Notes under the pieces: generated by a model | Databases searched by the model: none | What the model was told of the DNA's origin: nothing | Seen by the model: the letters and a program-made list of their open reading frames with translations, nothing else | Program-made: the position numbers and the translations under genes | In this document: in pieces, positions 49,579 through 58,702 of the stretch | Position numbering within the stretch: the stretch's first letter is position 1 | Layout of the letters: the number at the start of each line of letters is the position of its first letter | Assembly (NCBI GenBank): GCA_017532425.1 | Contig: JAFXJH010000047.1 | Coordinates: forward strand, 1-59,564 | Reading direction: 5' to 3' | DNA: 59,564 nucleotides | Origin: Clostridia bacterium | GTDB lineage: Bacteria; Bacillota; Clostridia; Oscillospirales; CAG-272

Positions 49579-50378
49579 GCCAAGGGCTTTGCCCTTGGAA
49601 CCCACCAAGAACCTTTTTGAAAAAAGGTTCTTGGATCTCCAAAAACTTACTGAAAAGGGAAAACTTGTTTTAGAAAAGTTTTGGTCGAGCTTTTTTAAAA
49701 GCTCGCGGGATCCTTAAGGGCGGAGCCCTTGAGTCGCGCGTGCCTTAAAGCGCGAAACTTGTCAAAGGGACTCTGTCCCTTTGGAAACCCTGCCAAGGAC
49801 GCTGTCCTTGGAACCTGGTTAAAACCTTTTTGAAAAAAGGGTTTAAGAATCCCAAAAACTTTACTGAAAAAGGGAAAACTTGTTTTAGAAAAGTTTTGGT
49901 CGAGCTTTTTCAAAAGCTCGCGGGTTTCTTAAGGGCGGAGCCCTTGAGTCGCGCGTGCCCTAAAGCGCGAAACTCGCCAAAGGGACTCTGTCCTTGGATT
50001 CCCAAAAACTTACTGAAAGGAAAAAAGAATTTCATTTTCTCTGTGTTAGCGCAGCACAAAATTTCACCCATAAAACTAACGATACTGCCCGCCGCGTTTC
50101 GCCGCGGCGCGAGCAAAACCGACCTGCCTCTTGGGAGGTTTTGCGGAAAGAGGGTTGGGTGCTCTTAGGGAAGGGATACTTCCCTTCCCAGAAGCCGTTC
50201 TTTGCTTCATTTCTGTCGGCACAGAAATGAAGAGAAAACCTTATAAACGCGTCTTCTGTGTGTTCGCACAGAACAAAACCCTTCGTGCATCAGGGACTTA
50301 CTTTTCTTAGGGCTTTGCCCTAAAACCCATTTAAGAAACTTTTTGAAAAAAGTTTCTTAAAAATCTTCAAAAACTTCG
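49579..50378. repeat. Mosaic repeat cluster: tandem ~215-bp composites, extra hairpins and a terminal tag+hairpin copy
   Basis: Units start near 49651 and 49865; reverse complement of the 42.2-kb and 24.8-kb copies. Confidence 0.9.
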
Positions 50379-50380
50379 CT

Positions 50381-50420
50381 AAAAAAGCCAACGGACTTTA
50401 AAAATCCGTTGGCTTTTTTT
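50381..50420. terminator. Bidirectional terminator after oadA
   Basis: AAAAAAGCCAACGGA...TCCGTTGGCTTTTTTT. Confidence 0.85.
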
Positions 50421-50427
50421 ATTATAC

Positions 50428-51825
50428 TTATACGCTGTGGATCTTTGCGTCGGGATCAGCGTTCTCGGAATCGAGAGCAAGCTGTGTCTCGCGGCGCTTT
50501 TCGAAGAACTTCTCTGCAACCTGTTCAACGAGTGCATAAGAAAGAACGTCTTCGTCCTGCTGAATGTAGTCAGCAGCCTTCTTCTTGAGGTTTTCAAGCT
50601 CGGGAGCAATATTATCTGCGGGGCGGCAGGTGATCGGCTCTTCGTTTCCGATGATCTGCTTTCTGAATTCGGGATCGATCTCCATAGGAGCCTGACCGTA
50701 TTCGCCCTTGATAAGTCCCTTGAATTCCTTTGTTACCGTCTTGTAACGTCCGTTGATCACGTTAAACACAGCCTGTGTACCAACGATCTGCGAGGAGGGT
50801 GTTACGAGCGGAGGATAACCTGCGTCTGCACGAACTCTCGGTACTTCTTCAAGAACTTCTGTGAGCTTATCGCTCTTACCGAGGTTCTTAAGCTGAGAAA
50901 TAAGGTTGGAGAGCATTCCGCCGGGAACCTGATAAAGGAGAGCGTTAACGTCAACCTTGAGTACCTTAGGACTCAGAAGTCCGTTTTCTAGATACTTCTC
51001 GCGGAGGGCTTCGAAATACTTTCCTACTACGTTGAGCTTTTCGAGGTCAAGACCCGTATCGTAAGGAGTACCCTGAAGTGCCGCTACGATAGGCTCTGTA
51101 GGAGGCTGAGATGTTCCGAGTGCGAGAGGAGAAATTGCTGTGTCGATGATATCGCATCCTGCTTCGATAGCCTTGAGAGCTGTCATAGATGCAAGACCTG
51201 CTGTGTAGTGTGTGTGAAGCTCTACGGGAAGGTTGGGGATCTCTGTCTTGAGAGCCTTAACGAGTTCTTCTGCCGCATAGGGCTTGAGGAGACCTGCCAT
51301 ATCCTTGATACAGATAGAGTCAACACCCATATCAACGAGGCGCTTTGTGTAGTTTACAAAGTATTCTGTTGTGTAGCAAGGACCTGTTGTATAGGAGAAT
51401 GCTACCTGAACGTGTCCGTTTTCCTTCTTTGTGGCGTTTATAGCTGTACGAAGGTTTCTTTCGTCGTTAAGAGCGTCGAAAATACGGATGATGTCGATAC
51501 CGTTTGCTATCGACTTCTGTACGAAGTATTCAACAACGTCGTCAGCATAGTGACGGTATCCGAGGATGTTCTGTCCTCTGAAAAGCATCTGAAGCTTTGT
51601 GTTCTTTACGTTATCGCGAATGGTGCGAAGTCTCTGCCAAGGGTCTTCGTTAAGGAAGCGGAGGCAGGAGTCGAAGGTTGCGCCGCCCCATGCTTCGAGA
51701 GAGTGATATCCAACCTCATCAAGAGCCTTGAGTATGGGGAGCATTTCTTCTGTGGTCATACGAGTCGCAACAAGAGACTGGTGTGAGTCACGGAGAACTG
51801 TTTCACAAATTTTTACTTTTGCCAT
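50428..51825 (-). CDS. oadA: Oxaloacetate decarboxylase alpha (pyruvate carboxyltransferase), no biotinyl domain
   Basis: LRDSHQSL, WGGATFD, RGQNILGY, IKDMAG, HTH, PLVTPSSQIVG. Confidence 0.92.
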   Translation of the reverse strand: MAKVKICETVLRDSHQSLVATRMTTEEMLPILKALDEVGYHSLEAWGGATFDSCLRFLNEDPWQRLRTIRDNVKNTKLQMLFRGQNILGYRHYADDVVEYFVQKSIANGIDIIRIFDALNDERNLRTAINATKKENGHVQVAFSYTTGPCYTTEYFVNYTKRLVDMGVDSICIKDMAGLLKPYAAEELVKALKTEIPNLPVELHTHYTAGLASMTALKAIEAGCDIIDTAISPLALGTSQPPTEPIVAALQGTPYDTGLDLEKLNVVGKYFEALREKYLENGLLSPKVLKVDVNALLYQVPGGMLSNLISQLKNLGKSDKLTEVLEEVPRVRADAGYPPLVTPSSQIVGTQAVFNVINGRYKTVTKEFKGLIKGEYGQAPMEIDPEFRKQIIGNEEPITCRPADNIAPELENLKKKAADYIQQDEDVLSYALVEQVAEKFFEKRRETQLALDSENADPDAKIHSV

Positions 51826-51867
51826 TTTTTATCTCACTTTCCGATTCTGAATTACGAATCTGACTAA

Positions 51868-53067
51868 TTATCGAACGAACATGGAGAGGAATACACCCGC
51901 TGCGACCGCTGAGCCGATAACTCCGGCAACGTTAGGTCCCATTGCGTGCATAAGTAAGAAGTTAGAGGGGTCTGCCTTCTGTCCTTCAAGCTGAGCAACA
52001 CGTGCCGCCATAGGAACAGCCGAAACGCCTGCAGAACCGATAAGGGGGTTGATCTTTCCGCCCGAAATCCAGTTCATTATCTTTGCGGTAATAAGTCCGC
52101 CGCAGGTAGAAATAGAGAACGCTACAAGTCCGAGACCGATTATAAGAAGAGTCTCGAGTCTGAGGAAGTTTTCCGCACTCGCGGTAGCACCAACGCTGAT
52201 GCCGAGGAATATCGTAACGATATTCATAAGCTCGTTCTGCACCGTCTTGGAAAGACGCTCTGTTACTCCGCAAACGTTAAGAAGGTTACCGAACATAAGG
52301 CATCCGATAAGTGCAAGTGCGTCGGGAATGATAAGTCCTACGACTGCTGTTACGATTATCGGGAAGAGTATCTTCTCTGTCTTCGATACCTGACGGAGAG
52401 TAGACATCTTTATCATTCGTTCCTTCTTTGTGGTAAGGAGCTTCATAAACGGCGGCTGTATCATCGGGATAAGCGCCATATAGCTGTATGCTGCTATCGC
52501 TATAGCTCCGAGTAGCGAGGGAGCGAGTGTTTTTGTTACGAGAATTGCGGTAGGACCGTCTGCACCGCCTATGATACCGATAGAAGCCGCTTCTGCGAGA
52601 GAGAAAACACCCGAAATAAGTGCTCCCGAAAAAGCAACGAATACGCCGAGCTGTGCGCCCGCACCGATAAGAAGGCTCTTAGGGTTCGAGATAAGGGGTG
52701 AAAAGTCGGTCATAGCGCCGATACCCACAAAGATTATACAGGGATAGATACCAAGCTTAACGCCCACGTAAAGCAGATCAAGGAATCCGCCCTTATTGAG
52801 AACCATTTTTATGGATTCTGCAACCGTCATTGTTCCGGTCTCATCTATCCACATTTCGAGGTGGAAAAGGCCTGCACCGGGGAGGTTTGTAAGAAGCATT
52901 CCGATCGCTATCGGAAGCAGGAGGAGAGGCTCATATTTTTTGACTATTGCAAAATATATGAGCACAAAGGAAAGGCCGATCATTACAAGAGCTTTCCACC
53001 AGTCATCGGTTTCAAAAAGCCGTGCAATGCCCGTAGTTTCCAAAAAATTTAAGATACTTTGAAGCAT
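51868..53067 (-). CDS. oadB: Na+-translocating decarboxylase beta subunit
   Basis: EPLLLLPI, IGIIGGADGPT, SAVPMAAR, HAMGPNVAG. Confidence 0.94.
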   Translation of the reverse strand: MLQSILNFLETTGIARLFETDDWWKALVMIGLSFVLIYFAIVKKYEPLLLLPIAIGMLLTNLPGAGLFHLEMWIDETGTMTVAESIKMVLNKGGFLDLLYVGVKLGIYPCIIFVGIGAMTDFSPLISNPKSLLIGAGAQLGVFVAFSGALISGVFSLAEAASIGIIGGADGPTAILVTKTLAPSLLGAIAIAAYSYMALIPMIQPPFMKLLTTKKERMIKMSTLRQVSKTEKILFPIIVTAVVGLIIPDALALIGCLMFGNLLNVCGVTERLSKTVQNELMNIVTIFLGISVGATASAENFLRLETLLIIGLGLVAFSISTCGGLITAKIMNWISGGKINPLIGSAGVSAVPMAARVAQLEGQKADPSNFLLMHAMGPNVAGVIGSAVAAGVFLSMFVR

Positions 53068-53109
53068 TTTTACAAAGTCCTTTCGTTAAATTTAAGGATG
53101 TGCTCTGAT

Positions 53110-53514
53110 TTAAGCAATAGTGAGAAGAAGATCGTCTGTATTAACCGATGCACCGCTCTTTGTAACGATAGAACCAACTGTTCCGTCGCAGGGAGCACAA
53201 ATGTCGCTTTCCATCTTCATAGCCTCGATAACGCAAACAACGTCGCCGTTCTTAACAGCCTGACCCTCGGATACCTTTACCTTAACGATAGTACCGGGCA
53301 TCGGAGCCTTAACGGGTGTTCCCGACGTGGGAACTGCTGCCTTAGGTGCTGCGGGTGCTGCTGCAGGAGCGGGAGCTGCCTTAGGTGCTGCGGGTGCCGC
53401 TGCGGGAGCGGGAGCTGCTGCAGGAGCTGCTACGGGAGCAGATGCGTATGCGCCGATCTCTTCAACTTCAACTTCATATACTGTACCGTTTACTGTAACG
53501 CTGAATTTTCTCAT
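53110..53514 (-). CDS. Biotin carboxyl carrier protein
   Basis: [12 protein letters not shown], Ala/Pro linker, EAMKME. Confidence 0.93.
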   Translation of the reverse strand: MRKFSVTVNGTVYEVEVEEIGAYASAPVAAPAAAPAPAAAPAAPKAAPAPAAAPAAPKAAVPTSGTPVKAPMPGTIVKVKVSEGQAVKNGDVVCVIEAMKMESDICAPCDGTVGSIVTKSGASVNTDDLLLTIA

Positions 53515-53554
53515 TGTATAAAACCTTCTCTTTCTTAGTTTAATTTAACTCAGG

Positions 53555-53959
53555 TTAATTTCTGTTAATATTGTTTCTGCGGAAAGCCTCGCGCGAGGTC
53601 TGTCTGAAGGAGACTACGCGGAAAGCGGTCTGCGGTTTATCAAGCATAAGAGAGATAGCTGCTGTTATAGCGGCAACGATCTCTTCGTCGTTTGACACGG
53701 GAGCGGGCGCTTCTACAGGAGCGGGTGCTGTCTCGGTCTGCACGGGAGCTTCCTTCTTTTCCTCTTCCTTCTTGGGCGCGGGAGCTGTGAAGAACTTACC
53801 CACAATAGCAAGCACGAGCCAGAGTATTGCAAGAACTGCAAATATTGCACACATTCCGAGAACGACTGTCTGTCCTGCCGCCGAAAGACGGTCTGCCATA
53901 TTTTCAATAGGCTTTGTAACGTCTGCCGATGTCAGATCTACGAGTACGGGAATATTCAT
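53555..53959 (-). CDS. oadG: OadG-family decarboxylase gamma/delta subunit
   Basis: Single TM (LGMCAIFAVL), Ala/Pro linker, EEIVAAITAAI. Confidence 0.85.
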   Translation of the reverse strand: MNIPVLVDLTSADVTKPIENMADRLSAAGQTVVLGMCAIFAVLAILWLVLAIVGKFFTAPAPKKEEEKKEAPVQTETAPAPVEAPAPVSNDEEIVAAITAAISLMLDKPQTAFRVVSFRQTSREAFRRNNINRN

Positions 53960-54015
53960 ATCGTAAAATTTTCCCCTTTCATCATTAGTTTAGTTTAAAT
54001 TTCCGAGCTTTAAAC

Positions 54016-55380
54016 TCAGAAAGGAAGCTTGGAATGCTTCTTTGCGGGGTTGCCCGAGATCTTAGCGAAAAGCATTTCGACAGCCGAGATGATTCTTGCT
54101 CTTGTTTCTGCGTAAGCAACTACGTCATCGATCGAGCCGTTTGCCGCTGCCTTTTCGGGAGCAGCCTCTTCGCTCTTCCAGCTCTTAAGAAGCTCTGCGC
54201 GCTTTGCCGCGCTGTCTTCTGCGTTCTTTATCTCATCAGCGAACATAAACTGTACCGAAGCCTCGGGAGAAAGCACGCTGATCTCGGATTTGGGAGCTGC
54301 ATAAACCATATCTGCGCCAAGAGCCTTTGCGCCAACGAGAGTGAATGCCGCGCCGTAAGCCTTGCCGAGAATATACGTGATCTTGGGGCAGGTAGCTCCT
54401 GCGTATGCCGAAGCGAGCTTTGCAAATTCGCCGGGAAGTATCTCGTCGGGAGACTCGTGATCTGCGCCGCAGCTGTCAACTACCGTGATAACCGGCATAG
54501 AGAAGTTATCGCAGAAGGAAATGAAGGAAGAAAGCTTCTTTGCCTCGGAAGCGCCGAGTGCTCCGCCGAGACCGCAGATACCTACTGTGATCTGACCGAG
54601 AGAAGCGATAGCGGTAAGAGCGTTCGGGGCAAAATCAGCCTTAAGCTCGGTATAATGACCGTTATCTGCTATAACAGCTGCCGCCTCGCGGATATCCTTT
54701 ACATTTTCAAGCTCTGCCGTTACTCTGCAGGAATCGTCATCGGCTTCTGCGTATGCGTAACCCTGAACAGAGTTCTGAGGAAGAACGGACACGATATCGC
54801 GTGCCTTTGCAAGTGCATCTTCCTTAGTATCGCAAATTATATCGATATTTCCCTTTTCAAAGGCGTAAGCCGCGCTTCCCGCCTCGGAAACACCGTTAGC
54901 CTTTGCCACACTCGGGGGTGTGATGTAGAATTTAGAATCCTTATCCGCAATTACGAGATCGAACATTGCAGCGGCTGTTGCGGAAAGACCCGAACAAACC
55001 TCGTCTACAACCGCGATCTGCGGAATAACACCGGAAGCCGCGTTTATCTTCGCGAGAAGCTTACCGTAGGCTGTAAGAACCGCGCTTCCTTCCTTTACTC
55101 TTGCGCCCGCACTGCTGAAAACTCCGATGACGGGAGCTCCGTTTTTAAGTGCCATATCGTAAAGTGCGCAAACTTTTTCTGCCTGTGCTCTTCCGAGCGC
55201 ACCCTTTTCGACAGAAAAGTCCTGTGCAAACGCAAAGACCAGCGCTCCGTTTACAGCACCGTAGCCGCAAGTAGCGCCCGACATTTTAGCATCGTCGTTT
55301 CCTACTGTGATATAGGCTCCGGTCTCAACAAACGTTCCTTCGTCGAAGAGCAGGGATATGCTTTTGTTTGTGTTGCTCAT
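54016..55380 (-). CDS. Acyl-CoA carboxyltransferase-like subunit (MmdA/12S-like, divergent)
   Basis: LFDEGTFVE, FAQDF, GARVKEG, ASGVIPQI, FCDNFSMPV, KAYG, KKHSKLP. Confidence 0.85.
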   Translation of the reverse strand: MSNTNKSISLLFDEGTFVETGAYITVGNDDAKMSGATCGYGAVNGALVFAFAQDFSVEKGALGRAQAEKVCALYDMALKNGAPVIGVFSSAGARVKEGSAVLTAYGKLLAKINAASGVIPQIAVVDEVCSGLSATAAAMFDLVIADKDSKFYITPPSVAKANGVSEAGSAAYAFEKGNIDIICDTKEDALAKARDIVSVLPQNSVQGYAYAEADDDSCRVTAELENVKDIREAAAVIADNGHYTELKADFAPNALTAIASLGQITVGICGLGGALGASEAKKLSSFISFCDNFSMPVITVVDSCGADHESPDEILPGEFAKLASAYAGATCPKITYILGKAYGAAFTLVGAKALGADMVYAAPKSEISVLSPEASVQFMFADEIKNAEDSAAKRAELLKSWKSEEAAPEKAAANGSIDDVVAYAETRARIISAVEMLFAKISGNPAKKHSKLPF

Positions 55381-55581
55381 AGAACTGACTTACCTTGCTG
55401 TTCACATAAGTGAACAAAACCCTTTCTCACTTTTTATTTGTTTCAGCTTTAAGCTGATATATTCTTTTTTGCATACGGGAATCGGTTTGCATCGCCTTTT
55501 CCGTACACATTCCGAACGGTGGAAGCAGGTTTGCAAAGCTACGGCTTATCGCAAACCAACATCCTACCCCATTCTAAAATG

Positions 55582-55610
55582 ATTATACCATACTTTCAAA
55601 AAAATACAAG
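55582..55610 (-). promoter_or_regulatory. Promoter of the decarboxylase operon (~195-nt leader)
   Basis: TTGTAT-like -35 and TG-extended TATAAT. Confidence 0.6.
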
Positions 55611-55696
55611 TGGGATTTAGAAATTTATTTTATTTTTTGTCATTTTTTTATCAAATTGTCTTTGACGTATCAAATCAGCAGGCTTTGGCGCTTCTA

Positions 55697-55725
55697 TTGA
55701 CAAACAAAGTCAAATAAGCTATAAT
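55697..55725 (+). promoter_or_regulatory. Consensus sigma-A promoter of the GH2 gene
   Basis: TTGACA-N17-TATAAT. Confidence 0.75.
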
Positions 55726-55756
55726 TATGTAAAGCAAGATGAAAGGATAGTTACAT

Positions 55757-58537
55757 ATGAGAACCTTATTTAATGTTGAACGAAACTGGAAATTCAAGGT
55801 CGCGGACGATATTTCATCATCTGGCGGACTAAGCCATACAGAAACCTACACAAGTGTCAAGACTGGATATCTGTCGGGCGAGGCGGGACTCAGATACAAT
55901 GACGACGATTGGCGCACGGTAGACCTTCCTCACGACCGAAGAGTCGAGGTCGGATTTGACGAAAGCACTACCGCGGTACACGGCTCCAAGATAAGAGAAA
56001 ACGTCTGGTACAGAAAGACCTTCGAAATACCCGAAGAATTCAAAAACAAGCATTTCACTCTTGTTTTCGAAGGAATTTCGGTATTTGCAAACATATATTT
56101 CAACGGCTCCTTTGCAGGACGCTCGACAAGCGCATACAGCGAGACCGTGCTTGATCTGACTCCGAGAATGAAATTCGGCAAGCTTTCAAATACGTTAGCC
56201 GTTGAGGTCGACGGCAAATCGTGCGAGGGCTGGTGGTACGAGGGCACGGGCATATACAGACACGTACGTCTTTATGCCAAGGAGCTTCTCCACATCGCTC
56301 ACAACGGAGTATGGATCAACCCCGTAAAGGGCGATGACGGAAAATGGACGGTCTTCGCCGAGATCGAGGCTGAAAACAGCGCGTACACCGAAAGCGGAGA
56401 GTTTACCGTCGAGGTCGAGCTTATCGACAAAAACGGCAACACGGTAGCCAAGGCTTCCAAAACAGACTCTCTGGATTTCGACGAAGCAAAGGCTGTAAAG
56501 CTTGAAATACCCGCTAAAGACCCCGAGCTTTGGGACGTTGACTCTCCTACGCTTTACAAAGCCGTAACAAGGATCATCCGCGGCGGAGAACTCCTCGACG
56601 AGGAAGTCACGAGCTTCGGATTCAGAAGCTTTTATTTTGACAACGACAAAGGATTTTTCCTCAACGGCAGACGTCTGCTTCTTAAGGGAGTTTGCTGTCA
56701 TCAGGACCACGCGGGCGTCGGCGTTGCTCTTCCCGACTCTATACACGAGATGAGAATACAGACCTTAAAGGAATACGGAGTAAACGCATACAGATGCGCT
56801 CACAACATTCCCGCAAAGGAGATCCTCGATGCCTGCGACAAGTACGGACTTGTCGTAATGGACGAAAACAGACGCTTTGAGACCGACAGCGACACCATTC
56901 TCAACGTTCGTACGATGGTGAAGCGTGACCGAAATCATCCGAGCGTTATCCTTTGGTCGCTTTTCAACGAGGAAAAGATCCAGGGAAGCGACGAGTCGCG
57001 CACGATCTACGCCCGACTCAAGAGCATAGTCAAAAAGCTTGACCCCACACGCCCCGTAACCGCCGCACAGAACACAAATTTCTATACGGGCACGGGTGCG
57101 ATATACGAAATGGACGTTTTCGGCGTCAACTACAACTATCATTCGATCGACAAGATCCGCGCCGAGTATCCTAGTATTCCGACAACCGGTGCTGAAAATC
57201 TCTCCGCGCTTGCCATAAGAGGTCAGCACACGCGTGATCTTGAAAACAACCTCATCGAGGACTTCGACAGCTATCAGGTTCCTTGGGGATGCACGATGCA
57301 GGATGCTTGGAAGGTTATCTCCGAGCGCGAGTGGATAGCGGGACTCTTCATATGGACGGGATTTGATTACCGCGGAGAGCCCACGCCCTTCAAATATCCG
57401 ACCGTCGTTTCGCTCTTCGGAGTTTTCGACCTCTGCGGATTCCCCAAAGCCTCGGCTCACGTTATGCGCGCCTGCTTTATGCAGGATGAGCCTATGATGA
57501 AGATACTTCATCACTGGAATCACAGGGAGGGCGAAAATGTCAAGATAATGACGGTGACAAACGCTGACGAGGTAGAACTCTTCCTTAACGGAGAGTCACT
57601 CGGAAGACGTCCCTCAAAGCTTTGGGAGCAGTGCTACTGGGATCTCGTATTTACCCCCGGTGTACTTAACGCAGTAGGCTACAAGGATGGCGAGATAGTC
57701 TGCGAGGACACACTCAGAACTCCGTCCGCGCCTTCGAGAATTATAGCGACCGCTCACAAAACCACTCTTGACAACAGCGGAAGCGATGCCGCGGCGATAG
57801 ACGTTTATCTGACCGATGCTTCGGGAAGCGTTATTCACAACGCCACAAGCCTTATAAAATTCGAGGCTGTCGGTGACTGCGAAATAATCGGAGTCGGAAA
57901 CGGCGACCCGAACAGCCACGAGGAGGACAAGGCATGCGAAAGACTCCTCTTTGCGGGCAGATGTCAGGCTATCGTGCAGGCAAAGGACAGAGCAAGAAAG
58001 GCATCTGTCATAGTTTCCTGCGAAGGACTTGAAAGCGTGACCGTCGATTTTGACATTGAAAACGTAGAGCCCTACACATACGTTATCGACAGCGCAAACA
58101 GAAAGATCGACGAGCTTACGATGTCTGTCAAGACCTTCTCCGAAAAGCCCGACCCCAATATGGTGCTTGCGGACACCGATATGAACGATTACGTTTCATG
58201 GCCTATGGACATACGCGGATTCCAGGATTTCGACAGCGGATGGAAGTTCTACCGTACCAAGGTAAAGGCTCCTCATATCAGCGGCGAAAACAAAAAAGCT
58301 ATGCTGAATATCGACTCCTTCGTTTATCTTGAATACGAGGTCTGGGTAAACGGCAGATTCGTTGAAAATCAGACTTCAAGCTACACGGGAAGTCAGAATC
58401 CCTGGCCCACAAAACGCAAGATATATTTTGACACCTGCGGTGACGGCGAATTCGAAATAACCATTCTTATCCGCGCAAATGCAGGAAAAGCGGGCATAAG
58501 CGGCTCGGAAAACGATTTTTCATTTATTGTAGAGTAG
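55757..58537 (+). CDS. Glycoside hydrolase family 2 (beta-galactosidase-like)
   Basis: WWYEGTGIYR, HQDHAGVG, RDRNHPSVILWSLFNE, WTGFDYRGEP, GVGNGDP. Confidence 0.92.
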   Translation: MRTLFNVERNWKFKVADDISSSGGLSHTETYTSVKTGYLSGEAGLRYNDDDWRTVDLPHDRRVEVGFDESTTAVHGSKIRENVWYRKTFEIPEEFKNKHFTLVFEGISVFANIYFNGSFAGRSTSAYSETVLDLTPRMKFGKLSNTLAVEVDGKSCEGWWYEGTGIYRHVRLYAKELLHIAHNGVWINPVKGDDGKWTVFAEIEAENSAYTESGEFTVEVELIDKNGNTVAKASKTDSLDFDEAKAVKLEIPAKDPELWDVDSPTLYKAVTRIIRGGELLDEEVTSFGFRSFYFDNDKGFFLNGRRLLLKGVCCHQDHAGVGVALPDSIHEMRIQTLKEYGVNAYRCAHNIPAKEILDACDKYGLVVMDENRRFETDSDTILNVRTMVKRDRNHPSVILWSLFNEEKIQGSDESRTIYARLKSIVKKLDPTRPVTAAQNTNFYTGTGAIYEMDVFGVNYNYHSIDKIRAEYPSIPTTGAENLSALAIRGQHTRDLENNLIEDFDSYQVPWGCTMQDAWKVISEREWIAGLFIWTGFDYRGEPTPFKYPTVVSLFGVFDLCGFPKASAHVMRACFMQDEPMMKILHHWNHREGENVKIMTVTNADEVELFLNGESLGRRPSKLWEQCYWDLVFTPGVLNAVGYKDGEIVCEDTLRTPSAPSRIIATAHKTTLDNSGSDAAAIDVYLTDASGSVIHNATSLIKFEAVGDCEIIGVGNGDPNSHEEDKACERLLFAGRCQAIVQAKDRARKASVIVSCEGLESVTVDFDIENVEPYTYVIDSANRKIDELTMSVKTFSEKPDPNMVLADTDMNDYVSWPMDIRGFQDFDSGWKFYRTKVKAPHISGENKKAMLNIDSFVYLEYEVWVNGRFVENQTSSYTGSQNPWPTKRKIYFDTCGDGEFEITILIRANAGKAGISGSENDFSFIVE

Positions 58538-58540
58538 AAC

Positions 58541-58585
58541 AAAGCGCCCCGATCTCGTCAGTTTGACGGAATCGGGGCGCTTTTT
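58541..58585 (+). terminator. Rho-independent terminator
   Basis: AAAGCGCCCCGAT...ATCGGGGCGCTTTTT. Confidence 0.85.
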
Positions 58586-58702
58586 ACAAATAATAATATA
58601 TGCAATATTTATTATTGATTTTTTAACATCTATGTGCTAAAATAGGAGTTACTTTCTCTCAGCAAAGTATATTTACCGAGACACACTCTTCAGAGGACAA
58701 CA

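Noticed and set aside
4304-50230. Short ORFs inside repeat clusters (4304-4567, 21383-21616, 24770-24988, 42129-42341, 42338-42532, 49695-49913, 49830-50168) sharing FSKVF..FFQKG peptides
   Set aside because: The similarity comes from the DNA repeat; no convincing RBS, they occur on both strands, and frames are not conserved
4060-50378. CRISPR array interpretation of the clustered repeats
   Set aside because: Copies are inverted, variable and irregularly spaced, lack unique constant-length spacers, and no cas genes are present
53330-53440. Repetitive GC-rich DNA in the biotin carrier gene
   Set aside because: Explained by the ordinary Ala/Pro linker
55525-55560. c-di-GMP-I riboswitch (GCAAAGCTACGG on the plus strand)
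   Set aside because: Only a short fragment matches, the P2/P3 arrangement is absent, and it lies upstream of the predicted GH2 promoter
3107-57919. Long antisense or alternate-frame ORFs (e.g. 8306-9421, 12770-13762, 42505-43686, 54034-55413)
   Set aside because: Shadows of well-supported genes on the opposite strand, with no recognisable motifs
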